Positions 20,163 through 29,755 of a DNA stretch of 64,000 nucleotides are shown piece after piece. The DNA is taken from IMG/VR virus record IMGVR_UViG_3300028840_002431, positions 124,001-188,000 of that record. One strand, 5' to 3'. Position numbers and translations under genes: made by a program. The notes under the pieces were generated by a model. That model was not told where the DNA came from. It made no database searches and saw only the letters and a list, made by a program, of their open reading frames with translations. Numbering within the stretch: position 1 is the stretch's first letter; every line of letters begins with the position of its first letter.

Positions 20163-20661
20163 GCCTACCGCGTGGACGAGTCATCGTAGTTGATAAAAAG
20201 CCCTACGAGTGGTTGGTGAAGCCACTGTCGAAGGACCGGTACGGCCTCAAGTGGACAGCGCCCTCGCTGTCACTGACCATAAAGCCGGAAGGCGAGAAGG
20301 TGGTCCAGTACCTGTGTCGCTCGAAACACTGGACCGACGCGCACGAGGAGTGTTACTTCGACGACCCGTCGCTCCACGCGGTGGAGCCACACAAGGTAGC
20401 CTTTGGCCCAACGGAGGTTAAAGAGGTTATCCAGGGGAACATGGAGTTAGAAGATTGGACCGTGGCTCTTTCCGCAAAACAACGGAAGTCAAAAAGTTGA
20501 CACCCCTTGAGAAATATCTGCAACTGTGCCGACAACTGAGCAAGGTCAAAACGTCGGACGAGGAACGCCGTGTTGTAGAGTATATGGACTATTGGTGGGA
20601 ACGGATGTCAGAAGTTGATAAGATAGAGGCGTCCATCCGAGAAGAAGCTCTGTGCTACTAA

Positions 20662-22408
20662 ATGGCCTACCAGTACACATACACGGTTTATGACAGTTTC
20701 CCGAACCGTAAGGTCGATGTCACTTTATTGACGTTCGAGATCGACGCTTCGTCGATTGTCCCGACGGTCGAGCAAGTCACGCTCATCAAGCACATCAACC
20801 GTCCTGACGCTTGTCGTATCCAGTTTAACAACCCTCTCCTTAGTCAGGAGGAGGCCGTGCTCGAAGGTGTTATAGCGTCGCACGAGGGGGAGGCGAAACG
20901 CGAACCCCAAGAGAGCACACCACCGACGCCAAAGACTTTGTGGGATCATCTGACTGACAACGGCTGACTTCGGTGTAAGATAGGGTGTGTACATACGCGA
21001 CGACTACGATCGTGAAGAACCCATGACCGTGGAGGAATATTATGACTCCATGTCTGTCGAGGAATATTACGCGAACGAGACGCTCCTCAACGATGTCCTT
21101 TTCAAACGTAACCTGTGGGAGCACCTGAGAGACAGGTCCTTTCTACGACATGAAGGTGTTCAGAGCAAAATTCACCACCGATGACGGGAAGTGGCATATA
21201 CCGGGGAACAAGAGACGAAGGACCTCCTGGAGATACTCGCTATGCGGCATACACCTCTACGACCCCACAGAGTGTCAGGAGACCGACGACGACAAATTAT
21301 CAAGTTCGGAAGTCTGCGTTCTCTGTAAGGAACGCCATGGCGGGGTCGAAGAGGACAGGAACCTCTGGGATTATCTGACCACCTAGGAAACGCCCGATGT
21401 GGAGACAGTTCTTACAAAAGAAGTGCCCAGCCGATAACTACCATTGGAAGTGGGACCGGCTGTGCTTCTGTCACGGAGGCAGGATATTGGATCTCAAGAC
21501 CGGCGTGGAATATCGTCGGCACGTGAACCGGACCGACGCCAAGGCAGCCATGTTCGGGCTGTTGTATGGGGCCAGCCCGAACGCGAATGGCGATAGCTTC
21601 TCCAACCTCGAACAACGGTTGCTGGCCCAACGGAGCCGGGTTCCGCCGATCCACCGGGACATCTTCCCACGGAGGGTTAGCTTTCTGGACAACGATACGC
21701 GGTTCATCGGGCCGGACGACGAGGCCGAAGAAGCCGTCCTCGAAGTGGTTGAAAAGCAAGAGGCCGAGAAACGAGCCAAGGAACCGGGTAAGGACCTCTG
21801 GGACCACTTGAAGGGAAGTAAAGAATGACGGTCTGTCCTGACATAGAAACAATCGACAGGCGTATAGTGGAGAAGATCCAGAGCCTGAAGGACGACTCGA
21901 AGCTTCACGGTTGGTCCTTACATAGGGCCTGTGTGGCCCACGGGCTAATCGAAGCGCTATGGGTTGTACGCGGTTACGAGGATGTGCCGGAAGAGGTCGG
22001 TGTGCCATCGCCCCTGGACTTCGAAGGAGACGCTTCAAGACGGCTACAGGTCTAATGTCCCCGCTGCCGCTGACATGCCGGATCTGCGGGAAAACTTGCC
22101 CCACTGAGTTGGAGAGCTTTTCGTACCCCATTATCAACGTGTGTTCAGAATCTTGTGCCGATGTGTTCGAGGAAAGTGAGGGCTGGCGGCCTGGATCAAA
22201 ACCCGCCCGTTTTAGAATGACCCTCTGGAGCTATCTGAGAAGCGAAGACTGTGGGCACGGGAACACCTACGTGGTCCGGGACTCGTCAGATTTTATGAAA
22301 CGGGCGGTCAAACACGAGGTTTGCCGGGACTGCGAACACCTGATTATTACAGTCGATGGGGAGGTCCGCCACGTGTTGTCGAAGCGCAACGAGCGTGACG
22401 TGGCTTAA
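20662..22408 (+). other. Cluster of LWDH-tagged small ORFs (20662-20967, 20987-21184, 21150-21386, 21397-21828, 22055-22408) plus untagged 21825-22055
   Basis: Tags TLWDHL, NLWEHL, NLWDYL, DLWDHL, TLWSYL. Confidence 0.7.
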
Positions 22409-22726
22409 TTATCTGTTAGCAAATTCGTTATAATCTTGCAGCATCTCTAGCGCTTGGGCGGAAAGCTTCTCGGCCTCCTGCACCTTTTCTATGATGTCTT
22501 TTCGCCGCTGTTTCATCTCACGGTTATGTTGTCGAGTTTCAGCGGTGTCGTCGAGTGCGGGAGGGTTGTCCAGGAACGTCACGAAAGCGTGCGGCTTCGA
22601 CATCGACCTGCCCAATTCGTAAAGATTCTCGGAAGCTGCAACCAGAAGGTTCGACCACTTGAGCGCATCCCGGCCCCATCCGGCTTGGCGTAAAGATCGC
22701 TCGAAAGCTTTTCTCGGATTGCCCAT
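22409..22726 (-). CDS. NPRKA-leader protein
   Basis: Starts MGNPRKAFERSLRQA. Confidence 0.7.
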   Translation of the reverse strand: MGNPRKAFERSLRQAGWGRDALKWSNLLVAASENLYELGRSMSKPHAFVTFLDNPPALDDTAETRQHNREMKQRRKDIIEKVQEAEKLSAQALEMLQDYNEFANR

Positions 22727-22783
22727 ATCCCAGAGAGTGTATAAATATAAACGACCAATTTTTCCTTATGACCACGCTGGGAT

Positions 22784-23059
22784 ATGGACGACGCTACCCG
22801 TTGGAAGACATCCGCGCTCCCGCCTGGAGCCAGCCCCAGCGCTTCGGCTGAAAAAGCCGCGAGAGCGCTGCAAGAAGGATTGAACCATCTCGACGAGACC
22901 ATCGAGAATTTCGAGGTGGTTCGTAGTAACCTGGGTTGGAGAGATCTCGACCCGCTCCTCAAGAAGGCCCACGGGATTGTCGAATTATTACACAAGGCGG
23001 GGCGGGAAGGCATTGAGCTATCAAACGAACTCAAAAGAGCCGTCCGCAAGTTACGGTGA
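22784..23059 (+). CDS. Hypothetical helical protein
   Basis: T-rich TAT motif upstream. Confidence 0.55.
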   Translation: MDDATRWKTSALPPGASPSASAEKAARALQEGLNHLDETIENFEVVRSNLGWRDLDPLLKKAHGIVELLHKAGREGIELSNELKRAVRKLR

Positions 23060-23064
23060 ACCAT

Positions 23065-23691
23065 ATGCCTTATAGTTATGACAACCGGAAGCGGAACGCG
23101 GCGGGAAAATCTTGGGGTGAGGCGATCGGCAAGTTCGAGAAGACCTTCCGCAACCTTCTGACAGACGATGTCCCACGCGCCCTCGCGCCCAAGGTCGAAA
23201 AGGCTCTCAAGGAGTTACAAAAGGACCTGGGGCCGAACTGGGAGTATGTCAGGAGCACCCCAAAGGAAATCGCCGGAAAGCTTCTGAGGAACGTCCTCGA
23301 TGCCGTGGTCAACAGTGACTCCGACTTCTCCTGGGCGTTGGACAACACCATTGCGAACTACCTGCCCCTGGAGCAGATGGACCTTGGGGACCTGACCGAG
23401 GAACTGGAACCGGTCATGGAGAAGGAACTCAAGGACTTTCTCCGCAAACACGTACGTGGCGCGACCGTGACCAAAGAAGACACCTGGGCCGGGAGAATCA
23501 CCTTCCGCGTCAAGTTCCCCGAAGACGCCAAACCCTCAAGGGATGTCGATGAGGACGTGGAACAAGCCCTACGCCCTGCAATAGCCGCGTGGTGTAAGAA
23601 GAAGGACATCCCTGCGGGCATGGCCAGGGCGAGCCTGACCTTCTCTGATCCGAATACCGCGAACGGCATGGTTATCGACATAGAACTGTAG
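23065..23691 (+). CDS. YSYD-leader protein
   Basis: Starts MPYSYDNRKRNAA. Confidence 0.7.
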   Translation: MPYSYDNRKRNAAGKSWGEAIGKFEKTFRNLLTDDVPRALAPKVEKALKELQKDLGPNWEYVRSTPKEIAGKLLRNVLDAVVNSDSDFSWALDNTIANYLPLEQMDLGDLTEELEPVMEKELKDFLRKHVRGATVTKEDTWAGRITFRVKFPEDAKPSRDVDEDVEQALRPAIAAWCKKKDIPAGMARASLTFSDPNTANGMVIDIEL

Positions 23692-23703
23692 AAAAGACGA
23701 CCT

Positions 23704-23913
23704 ATGAGCAACAAAGTCACATTGGTGGGCGACGCCGTCGAGGTAGTCGAGAGGCTGAAAGAGTCAACGGGCCAGAGCACAAGCGGTGTTATCAGGGACG
23801 CCCTTGGATTCTACGACTTCGCACGGGTCCAGGCAGAGGAGGGGAAGCAAATATGTACCCTCCGGGACGGGGAGCCAGTGGCAGAGGTCGTCACCCGTTT
23901 CAGGCGGAAATAG
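23704..23913 (+). CDS. Ribbon-helix-helix (CopG-like) protein
   Basis: Beta strand, then ERLKESTGQSTSGVIRDAL. Confidence 0.5.
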   Translation: MSNKVTLVGDAVEVVERLKESTGQSTSGVIRDALGFYDFARVQAEEGKQICTLRDGEPVAEVVTRFRRK

Positions 23914-24023
23914 GGCCGTTTTTTCTTATGGCGTCGCTGGGGTATGATTACAGGGCTGGCCAAGGCTTTTGACCGGTTCTGCAACGATCACACGCTCTCG
24001 ACGGGCGTTTGATGGAGAACAAC

Positions 24024-24332
24024 ATGTCTAATCCGAGAAAAGCCTTTGAGCAAAGCCTACGCACAGCGACCAACGTTGATATCACCGATGTGGACGCTGT
24101 GTTAGAAAGGTTGAGTCAACTCATAAACGTTGGTTACGAAAACGTCAACGAGGGTTGGCTGCTTGCCAAACAGTTCAAAGACGAACACAAGGGACTTCGC
24201 CGCGAACAAATGTGGCAAGAACGGTCTGAGATTCGAGAAGTGGCCGACGATATCGAGGATATTCAGGCGATACTCTTCAAAGCCGACCAGCTATTACATA
24301 AAGCCCACGTGAAAATCTCAAGAGCAGGGTAA
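24024..24332 (+). CDS. NPRKA-leader protein
   Basis: Starts MSNPRKAFEQSLRTA; GGAG RBS. Confidence 0.7.
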   Translation: MSNPRKAFEQSLRTATNVDITDVDAVLERLSQLINVGYENVNEGWLLAKQFKDEHKGLRREQMWQERSEIREVADDIEDIQAILFKADQLLHKAHVKISRAG

Positions 24333-24453
24333 ACGACTAGATGTATTAAAAAACCCGGCCTCGTTAGAAGCCGGGTCACGTCGTACTGCTAGGGTAGGCA
24401 AGCAGCATGGCAGAAAGCCCGCCCGGTTGCAAGTGGCGGTGTATAATATTGCC

Positions 24454-24708
24454 ATGAAGGTGTTCAGACAAGAAGGTATGCCCCGTGCTGCCAAATGGCA
24501 TATCAAGGGGAGGAAAAAACGGGACCAGCACTATACGTGGTCGCTCTGTGGCTTGGCTATGTTTAACAGCAACACTGAGAAGGTAGATTCAAGCAAACTA
24601 GAGGAGAAGGAAATCTGCGGCCTCTGTAGCCGACGTGCCGGTGGTGTGGCGAAAAAGCCAAAGGATACCGGCAAGAACAAGAACCTCTGGGACCACCTGA
24701 TGGGATGA
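24454..24708 (+). CDS. WHI...LCG...CxxC zinc-finger protein, LWDHL-tagged; paralog of 21150-21386
   Basis: MKVFR...KWHI...SLCG...CxLC...NLWD in both. Confidence 0.7.
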   Translation: MKVFRQEGMPRAAKWHIKGRKKRDQHYTWSLCGLAMFNSNTEKVDSSKLEEKEICGLCSRRAGGVAKKPKDTGKNKNLWDHLMG

Positions 24709-25193
24709 GAAAGCTCTTACAATTCCTGTGCTCCCTGACGACACACCGGCTGCCTTTGTACTACGAGGAACCGTGGGCCTATGCGATCGATAACCCTGAC
24801 GCCCCGGACGCCTTCCAAAGGGTTATCACGTGTACCCGGTGCGGATGGTACGACGAGTCCTTCGTGGGTCAGGTGGCCAGGGCCAAATACAAGGTCCGGT
24901 GGGAAGCCGACGAGGCACGTATGAAAAGGAGCTTGAGATGAGCGAAACTTCGTTACAAACATGGCCACCGGAACCGGGCGACATGGTATCGCTTGGCGTG
25001 GGGTTCGGCATAGTCGATACCGTGGACCCCAGAGGGGCCATGGTCCGAATCGCATCAACAACACGGCCGGACGAATGGCCGAATACCTATCAACTCGAAC
25101 GCTGGCCCAGAACCCGCTGGGACGACCGGAAGGTCTATAAGACCGGCGAGTATTTCATCTGACTGCCAAAACCCTTTTGTATTTTCGTAGGGT

Positions 25194-25682
25194 GTGGGCT
25201 ACTCATACGACCATCGCAAGAGGACAGCCGGACACTTCCACGAGACCGTCCGTGGCCAGGGGTACACAGAACAAGAGGCCCTACGGGACGCCCTGAGCGA
25301 AAACGTGACCGGGTTTGCCGACGAAGAGTACCGAGAGGTCCTCAAGTCGAAGCGATTGCGTGCCCCAAAGCCTCCACGCCGGGTCAAGATCGAGAAACAG
25401 AAGCTCCAAAGAGGTAAGGTCGAAAGGGCCTTCGTCCTGGAAACACGTTGGATGTCCCAGTTGGAGAGGAATCCGGGTCTCGCCGGGGACCGTCAATACC
25501 AGGAGCGCTACAAGACCCAAGGTGCGGCCCTGAAAGCCGCCAAGGAGGTCGCGCTCAAATACGACGTGGAGCTAAATATCTACTTGGCTGCCTTCTGCCA
25601 GGGCGACACACATCTGGCGACCGTGACACCCGAAGCCGGAAAACCGGGCGTGTGGGAGTTCGTGATAGATTTCCACGCCTAA
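25194..25682 (+). CDS. YSYD-leader protein
   Basis: Starts (G/M)GYSYDHRKRTA with a GTG start codon. Confidence 0.7.
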   Translation: MGYSYDHRKRTAGHFHETVRGQGYTEQEALRDALSENVTGFADEEYREVLKSKRLRAPKPPRRVKIEKQKLQRGKVERAFVLETRWMSQLERNPGLAGDRQYQERYKTQGAALKAAKEVALKYDVELNIYLAAFCQGDTHLATVTPEAGKPGVWEFVIDFHA

Positions 25683-25977
25683 TCTAAATAGGCTGGCCTC
25701 GTCACTGAGTGCTCGCCTAGAATTACCCCTAGCTAAAATTTCTAACTCACGCCCTCCCCTGAACGGTGTAAATAAAAAGGGTGAAGCAATACCGTTGCCG
25801 ACAAGTGGACGAGAAGGCGTGGAACTGGGTTGAAGCCAATGACGCCCAGGAGGCCGCCGAGACCTTCGTGGAAGAGTATGGCATCGAGGACGGGGCAGTC
25901 GTCCAGGTGTGTAGACATGGCACCTACCGGGTATCCGTCGTGGTCGAGCACATATGCACGGCCAGGAAGGTCTGAAT

Positions 25978-26334
25978 ATGGCCATGGAAGATGGCATAAA
26001 TCTGGACCTGACCGGCATGTCCGAAGACGACCTGTTGGTCCTCAAGGACGAGTTGGACGGTGAGATAACCGCCATCCGGATTCAGATTGAGGGAGCCAAG
26101 GTCAAAGCCGCAGACGGAGAATACTCAGACCGGACATGGTGGTTCAAGGCCAATGCCGCCTTGAAGATAAAGGGTCGCCAGAGCCAGCAAATCCAAAACA
26201 CACTGGGCCGCCTGAGACGTGAGAAAAACAGGGAGTTAGAAAAATGCTTCGTCGATGTGGCCAGGACACAACTTTCCCAGGCACAGTTCGAGGAGATAAT
26301 GGATGAGGCCAAGGCAACCCAGGAGGCCAAATGA
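25978..26334 (+). CDS. Coiled-coil hypothetical protein
   Basis: ORF in operon with ATGA overlap to the next gene. Confidence 0.6.
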   Translation: MAMEDGINLDLTGMSEDDLLVLKDELDGEITAIRIQIEGAKVKAADGEYSDRTWWFKANAALKIKGRQSQQIQNTLGRLRREKNRELEKCFVDVARTQLSQAQFEEIMDEAKATQEAK

Positions 26335-26567
26335 GAGTTAGTATTATTGTATCTGGCCAGAAGGTGGAACTTCCCGTCAGTAAGGACCAAAAGATAGGAC
26401 GCCTTTGCAAAGAGGCCCTCGCCAAGGTCGGGTTCCCAACAGATGAGGATTGGGAGATGCGAGACTCCGACGGAAAGCTCCTGGAGCATGATGTACGGAT
26501 CTACGCCTACCAAATAAAGGGTGGGCAAACACTGTACCTGAGTCCCAAGGCAGGAGTGGGAGCCTGA
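26331..26567 (+). CDS. Ubiquitin-like beta-grasp protein (DUF2604-like)
   Basis: IIVSGQ...EAL...EDWEMRDSDGKLL...TLYLSPKAGVGA resembles DUF2604 proteins (WELRD...LFLxLKAGVGG). Confidence 0.7.
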   Translation: MRVSIIVSGQKVELPVSKDQKIGRLCKEALAKVGFPTDEDWEMRDSDGKLLEHDVRIYAYQIKGGQTLYLSPKAGVGA

Positions 26568-27456
26568 TGACGGCCATCCATAAGGTCAGGTGCAACCCCA
26601 TAGCGGATTGGAGACTCCCAGCCGGGAAGAACCCCCTACTGGAAGGCGTCTTTGCGCCCGTCAAGACCTACTGCGGCATCATGAAAGAACCCGTGCCAGG
26701 ACACGGAGGGCCACCCAAACCAAAGGATAGCGGAATGTCGTCTCACGACAGGGATGTCACCTGTAAGAGGTGCAAACAGAGGATGAAAAGGATAAGGGCC
26801 GCTGAGCGTATCCTTCAACCCCAGGACGAGGCCGTGAAGGCATGGCAAGAGGTGGCCAAAAGGAACCCACAGCGGGTCAACCGGATACTCACCAAATGGT
26901 CGGAGTACGCCCATTGGGGCCTTGGCCGGGATATTCATATTGCACAGGCTGATGGGGAAATAATGCTGGCCGCCGTCAAGCTCCTGGGGAGCATGACGGA
27001 AAACCAACCACACGAAAGGCAATCATGAAAACCAGAGCACTGTCAGTCAACATTTCCAACGAACTACTGGCTAAACTCGACGCCTTAGTTAGTAGGTACC
27101 CATTTGCCAAAAGACACGCTGTCCACCTGATAGCTCTGCGTATTGGGCTTGATGAGTTGACGAGAAACCCAGAGCGGGTCAGAGAAGAAGAGCCGGAAGC
27201 AGCGGAGGCTGAAGCTACTGGCAGGGGGTGGCTTGATATGGCTTTGGAGGCTTGCGAGTATCTAGAGGATTTGCGGGCACTCGATCATTTCGTTTTTCAC
27301 CAGAGGTATAACGGGGCCTCTAACACGTGCCTTCTCTGCCAATACGGTGTTGACTGGGAGCACAAGGAGTCAGGGCACCATCCGGATTGTGTTTACCCAA
27401 AGGTTTGGGGTGAGGTAAAAGACCGCAAACTAGAGGACTGGGCCAGAAAGCAGTAG
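26567..27456 (+). other. Two hypothetical ORFs (26567-27028 Zn-binding; 27025-27456 with RHH-like N-terminus)
   Basis: Overlapping stops/starts; CG...CxxC; SVNISNELLAKLD. Confidence 0.55.
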
Positions 27457-27459
27457 GGA

Positions 27460-28250
27460 ACCGTGAGGCAGAAGAGCAAATGAAGCGCCTGAAACAAGAA
27501 TGTGCTCTGCTCTGGTGTTGATGGGGTTTTCGCCCAAAAATTGACCGGGGCTAAAATTTTGAGGGTACACCCCCTCTTCCCGGTGTAAATAAAAGGGTAC
27601 CCCATGGCAAGGCTAGGCTGACATACCCGGCCCATGGCTGTGCCCAGGATGGGTGGTGTAGGTGTAGCACTACCTTGTTCCAGGCATGGCCCGCCATGGG
27701 GTCTTTTAGTTGATAAAATCAACTTTTTCTTATAGATTTCCATACCTAACCGATCGCTGACCGTGCGCAAGATGGACGAGCCAATTCCGCGAATTAGCGA
27801 GTCGAAAAAAGATAAGCAAGCGGTTTTAACTTTTCCCCAGTTTATATAATCTATCCCCACCCCCTCCCCCTAGGGGGGTCGGCAACCGCCATGCCTTCAA
27901 GGGTTGCCCCTCCGAGTTACATGACATCGGACATTGGTGTCGTTGTTAGTTTGATCAACTTATCTCACCTATAAGATCAACTATCGCGCCATGCCTTCAA
28001 GGGCGTTGACCTCGTCCTCTGGCTCAGTGGTGTAGTTTATTTTATCAACAACTACACGAGTTGATTATTTGATGTTGCTATCTCACACCTGGGTAGAGTG
28101 GGCCGCCATGCTTGTGAGGGGTACCCCCTCCCCTCCCCCTCCCACCCGGTGTTTATTTTATCAACTGTGAAATGGGTGCAGCGTAAGGCTGTGGCCACAG
28201 GAAAATAATCAACTCTGCGACTACTGGTGTAGGGGTACCCCACAGGGAGG
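27460..28250. promoter_or_regulatory. Long non-coding control region with repeated motifs
   Basis: AT-rich patches, palindrome AGTTGATAAAATCAACT (27708-27724), CGCCATGCCTTCAAGGG x2, several ATCAACT half-sites. Confidence 0.55.
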
Positions 28251-28254
28251 CGTT

Positions 28255-29022
28255 ATGACCACAGCTAATGAGAAGATAGCCGAGAGGCTTGCGCAGTACA
28301 CACAACTGACTGAGAACATCACCAAGCTCGAAGGTGCTATAGAGCAGGTCAAGGCCATGCGTAGCGATGTGGCCAAGGCGCTACGTGAGGAGAATGGAAA
28401 AGATCAACTCTACGACCTGGGTGACGGCATACCCCTATTCGTCTCTGCCACCAAGATAGGGACCTTCTTCTTGGCCCCGAAGAGGCGGTCCGGTACCCGT
28501 AAGAAGAAGAAAAAGGTCAAGAAGGAGATCAAGGACGGTAAGGTTGTCGAGGTAGGGGAGGAGGGTCCGGCCCCTACCAAGAAGCCTATCGAGATCGAGG
28601 CCACCCTGACCGGCCGGGGTGCTGTAGCGGCCCCTGAACCGGAGGCGTCCCATACGGCCGATACCGTCGTACCCGCCCCCTCCGAACCGCCCCCTGAACC
28701 AGAGCCGGTCGTTACCCCGCCTCCTGAGCCTGAGGGAACCCCTATCGAGATCGATCGCTACGAAGAGGAGGAGCCTCTCCCCAACGTTGACGATTTGCCT
28801 CCGCCCGTGAACGCCGAAGAGTTGGCCGCGATGGAGCCTGACGTGGTCGAGCCGTCTCCCATGGACAAACTGATTGCCGAAGCTGGCGCTGATTTGCCCC
28901 CGGATGACCCGGAGCCTGTCGAAGACGTTGCGGAGCCGTCAGCGGCCTCTGAGGACGAGGAATTGGAGGAATTCGACCCTGTCATGGCCGCCCTGGCTGA
29001 GATCGAAGAAGAGGGTAAATAA
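28255..29022 (+). CDS. Acidic Pro/Glu-rich protein with Lys-rich segment
   Basis: 255-aa ORF; GGGAGG RBS. Confidence 0.75.
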   Translation: MTTANEKIAERLAQYTQLTENITKLEGAIEQVKAMRSDVAKALREENGKDQLYDLGDGIPLFVSATKIGTFFLAPKRRSGTRKKKKKVKKEIKDGKVVEVGEEGPAPTKKPIEIEATLTGRGAVAAPEPEASHTADTVVPAPSEPPPEPEPVVTPPPEPEGTPIEIDRYEEEEPLPNVDDLPPPVNAEELAAMEPDVVEPSPMDKLIAEAGADLPPDDPEPVEDVAEPSAASEDEELEEFDPVMAALAEIEEEGK

Positions 29023-29195
29023 TTTTGTGATCGTACAAATTTCTTTATGATCGGCTCCGCCCGTGCGTAGACCGGGTAACAAAGGAGAGTTGCTCAATCT
29101 AACTGTTATCGCGTGAACATAGGCCAGGGAGTTTTTAGAGTTTTCTCCCTCATTGACCGCAACCCAGGTGCGTGGAAGAAGCCGAAAGGAACCTG

Positions 29196-29220
29196 AAAAA
29201 GCCTCCGTAAGGGGGCTTTT
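29196..29220 (+). terminator. Intrinsic, possibly bidirectional terminator
   Basis: AAAAGCCTCC-GTAA-GGGGGCTTTT. Confidence 0.65.
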
Positions 29221-29258
29221 AAACTTTAGATCCGCCCGGCGTCAGGGGTAAGCCGGAT

Positions 29259-29591
29259 ATGGACGACGATAACAGCTACCTTCAAGAGAGCGACACCCTG
29301 AAAGACGAGTACGTGCCCTTCGACCTCGTGGACGAGAAAGGCCGAACCATCGGCGCTCGGGTCCATATCGACAGGGACGTGTACATACCGCACACGGACG
29401 AGACCCGGAAGTCTGCCACCTGGAGCGTCAAGCCCGGCACCTACTACGTAGCCTGGGTGTGGCCGACTCGGAACACGAAGCGTTTCCGCAACCGGAGCGA
29501 GAAGTGGTTCCCGACCTACGAAGAGGCCGACGAGTACATCAACAAGACCCTGGCCCGAAGCCGGAAGCGCTCCGAAGAGAAATATGCATAA
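29259..29591 (+). CDS. Hypothetical protein
   Basis: TTTAGA...GGGGTAAG promoter-like motif just upstream. Confidence 0.6.
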   Translation: MDDDNSYLQESDTLKDEYVPFDLVDEKGRTIGARVHIDRDVYIPHTDETRKSATWSVKPGTYYVAWVWPTRNTKRFRNRSEKWFPTYEEADEYINKTLARSRKRSEEKYA

Positions 29592-29623
29592 AATTCTTTA
29601 TGTCCGGCCCGGCGTAGACGTAG

Positions 29624-29755
29624 GAGGGGTAAGCTAACGGTCCTGGTGGTCCGGTCTTATCACAGCCCTGACTCGGAGTCGGCTCTAGCTGTGGGGCCAA
29701 AACGAAGAAGGAAGGCCGGTAGGGCGGGTTCGATTCCCGCCCGCCTTTGCTCCTC
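29624..29755 (+). ncRNA. tRNA-like RNA with expanded anticodon-position domain
   Basis: T-arm GGGCGGG-TTCGATT-CCCGCCC; D-loop-like TGGT; closing stem 29624-29633/29746-29755. Confidence 0.5.

Noticed and set aside
21397-21828. Functional DNA polymerase I
   Set aside because: Only a motif-B-like stretch is present in a 143-aa ORF; motifs A and C are absent.
29624-29755. Standard tRNA, tRNA-Sec or tmRNA
   Set aside because: No 7-nt anticodon loop, no CCA, non-standard acceptor geometry and no tag ORF.
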